Assembly (NCBI GenBank): GCA_035221665.1 | Contig: CM069141.1 | Span: forward strand, 27,590,001 to 27,654,000 | Direction of reading: 5' to 3' | Source of the DNA: Okamejei kenojei | Lineage: Eukaryota | DNA: 64,000 bases | In this document: positions 61,808 to 64,000 of the stretch, in pieces | How the letters are laid out: the number at the start of each line of letters is the position of its first letter | Position numbering within the stretch: the stretch's first letter is position 1 | The notes under the pieces: generated by a model | What the model was told of the DNA's origin: nothing | Seen by the model: only the letters and a program-made list of their open reading frames with translations | Database searches by the model: none | Position numbers and translations under genes: made by a program

Positions 61808-63299
61808 CATTTACACGTGTGTACTAAAATATGTTTTTAATCTTTGGATTAGAAACTATTTCGCTTCTAAAATCTGTCATTTGAACTTGCCATTTTTGTT
61901 CATTTGAATGAATAAATGTGTTAATTCAGCTTTCACTAGGTAATTCATTGTTTTAGATTTATTCAGTGTAACATTTTGGGACTTTTACCTATATGGCCTG
62001 GAAATAAATTAGTTTTAATTCATGTTATTATAAAAGACTGCATTCATTTTCCAAAAGGTTAACTCCCAAATGTATAACAATTTGTAACTTAACATTTAGA
62101 AACATTTAGGATGCTAATTGGGAAGCAATAGGGAGTCATTAAATACATCTCGTAGCAGTTCACATGGTGGTGTTAGAATGATTTTTATTCATTATGCCCA
62201 GCAGGAATCTGAGCCGAATAGTTTTCAAGTGGTGTCAGCTTCCAAATCAAGTAATCTTCATTCAAGGTGGTAAATTTGATAGGCAGTTTGGTAGAATTAT
62301 TATTTTAAAATCCAGGGATGTGAGAGGTTAGGGTAGAGTCTAGGGTATTATTTTCTCTCTGAAGGAGCCGGCTGAGATCGAAGGAGTTTCTTTACCGCTA
62401 GATTATGAACATGTAGATCATGGAAGCTTCATAATGCTTGTGGCTTACACTTAAGACCACTTCACGTGGAGGATAGATGGGCCTGCAATAGTTCGTACCA
62501 AGATACAGTGAAAGCTGTATGTTATCAGACATGGATGTGAAATAGATCATTTATACTGCCAAACTACTTTGTTCATTCATGCACTTCAAGTAATTGCGTT
62601 ATTCCGGGATGTACTATCAGCAATCCTCAAAAGAAAAGAAAATGCATAAGGTGGCCCTCACAAAATGATAGCAGGCAGTATACTTGACAATCAATCCTGC
62701 AGTTGCAGAGTACAACAAGCATGGTTTCATAAAACAAAAAGTGCACAATATTATCACGCCTCTATCATGCATGTGACCTAGGACAAATGTCAACTTTTTC
62801 TAATTCTGGAATGGTGTTCTACAAATAAATGAACTGCCGTGATTGTGGTAGTAGGAGTCAGCAGAAATCCATTAGCAACAAATAAGAAAACACCTGTTGT
62901 CCCTCTAAATAAGGCTGGTGGAGGGTCCTTCTTAGTGTCCAAGTTATGTAGAGGCATGTGTGATTAAAAGAGAGCATTAGCTGCAGCATTAAAGCCTCAA
63001 ATAGCAATGCTGCCTTTAAATCATTATTATACGTTGTGAGTTCTGACAGGTATTGGCAAAGAATGTGCAAAATCCTTAACACTTAGGCTATCACCTCGAC
63101 CCAGCTAACAAAAAACAAACATTTGTTTTTAGTAATAACAAATTGTTACACAGATTAACTGGTGCAATTATACTTGTACTTCAAAACTAAAGTGGCAACC
63201 ATGGTATCCAAAAATGTGCTTCAAATGTACATTTTAGTTATGTGTTTGATCTCAGTAAGTCCTGCCAACTCAGCTCTCCAACCCAGATTGACCACGCAT

Positions 63300-63525
63300 T
63301 GTTTAGTTTAGAAATACAGCCTGGAAACAGGCTTCAGCTCACTAAGTCCACATGGACCATCGGTCTTTGGGATGTGGAAGGAAACCGGAGCCCCCTCCCC
63401 AGTGGAAACCCATGTAGTCACATGGAGAACGTGCAAACTACACAGACAGTGTCCGAAGTCAGGATTGAACCCAGGTCTCTGGTGCTGTGAGGCAGTAACT
63501 GTATTGGCTGTGTCACTGCATTGCC
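63300..63525 (-). mobile_element. tRNA-derived SINE (V-SINE type)
   Basis: gtttagttta tail, gtctttgggatgtggaaggaaaccggag, caggattgaacccaggtctctggtgctgtgaggcag. Confidence 0.8.
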
Positions 63526-64000
63526 CTTAAACAAATTAACTGTTATCATTATTACCCATACCCCCCTTTTTTTACTGTAACCTTTGAATTACCTTAGCAA
63601 TTCTGCTGTCTATATTTCTATGCCTTTGAACTTTCACAGCATTTAGCTCCCATACTTGCCAGACCTAATTCAGATCATTTGTACATCAACATCCATTCAT
63701 TCCCTTCTCTTCCAAATACTTCCCATTACTCCATTTCCTATTCCACAGATAAAACTTTCTCGCATGCCTTTTTTAATATGATGTTCAATTACCCGTCCCT
63801 TCTCACCTCTCCTACTCATTCACGCAAGTTGTGTTGTATTCAACTATTTATTGACATTAATTATACTGAAATATTTAAATGTCTAATGCAATTAAATTTT
63901 TAATGCAAGAGAATTAAATATCTGGTCAAGCAGCATATTAATCTTTACAGCCAGTTTTCCCTATCTTTATAAAACTGCTCCTGAACTGCACTCATTTAAC

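Noticed and set aside
1-64000. Known miRNA, snoRNA, snRNA or rRNA genes
   Set aside because: None recognised by eye. An Rfam/miRBase scan would be needed to exclude them.

Overview
This window is AT-rich, repeat-laden vertebrate DNA. The repeat families (HE1/V-SINE-type tRNA SINEs, Deu-domain SINE, CR1, Rex1/Babar, Penelope-type palindromic repeats) point to a cartilaginous fish, most likely a skate or ray; this is inference, not a database match. I can support no intact host protein-coding gene, so the window reads as a long intron or intergenic region. All recognisable coding sequence is decayed transposon: a Ty3/Gypsy pol (23-2352) fused directly to a tRNA-Leu primer-binding site, a near full-length Rex1/Babar LINE (57.2-60.4 kb), CR1, L2, RTE and RTE-X fragments. 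There are also three non-autonomous PIF/Harbinger elements, two candidate solo LTRs and a 161-N assembly gap. The strongest signal is a family of about 20 short, often palindromic repeats. Many carry a minimal hammerhead ribozyme core (CUGANGA-stem II-GAAAC-GUH) and at least 8 sit between 9-17 bp target-site duplications, consistent with retrozyme-like non-autonomous Penelope elements. Other leads are a 42-bp duplicated block with ATG plus splice donor, an old ~2.4-kb-spaced duplication, and a candidate minus-strand promoter (TATA, perfect DR1, NRF1-like) near 51.8-52.4 kb. Coordinates of old repeats are approximate.
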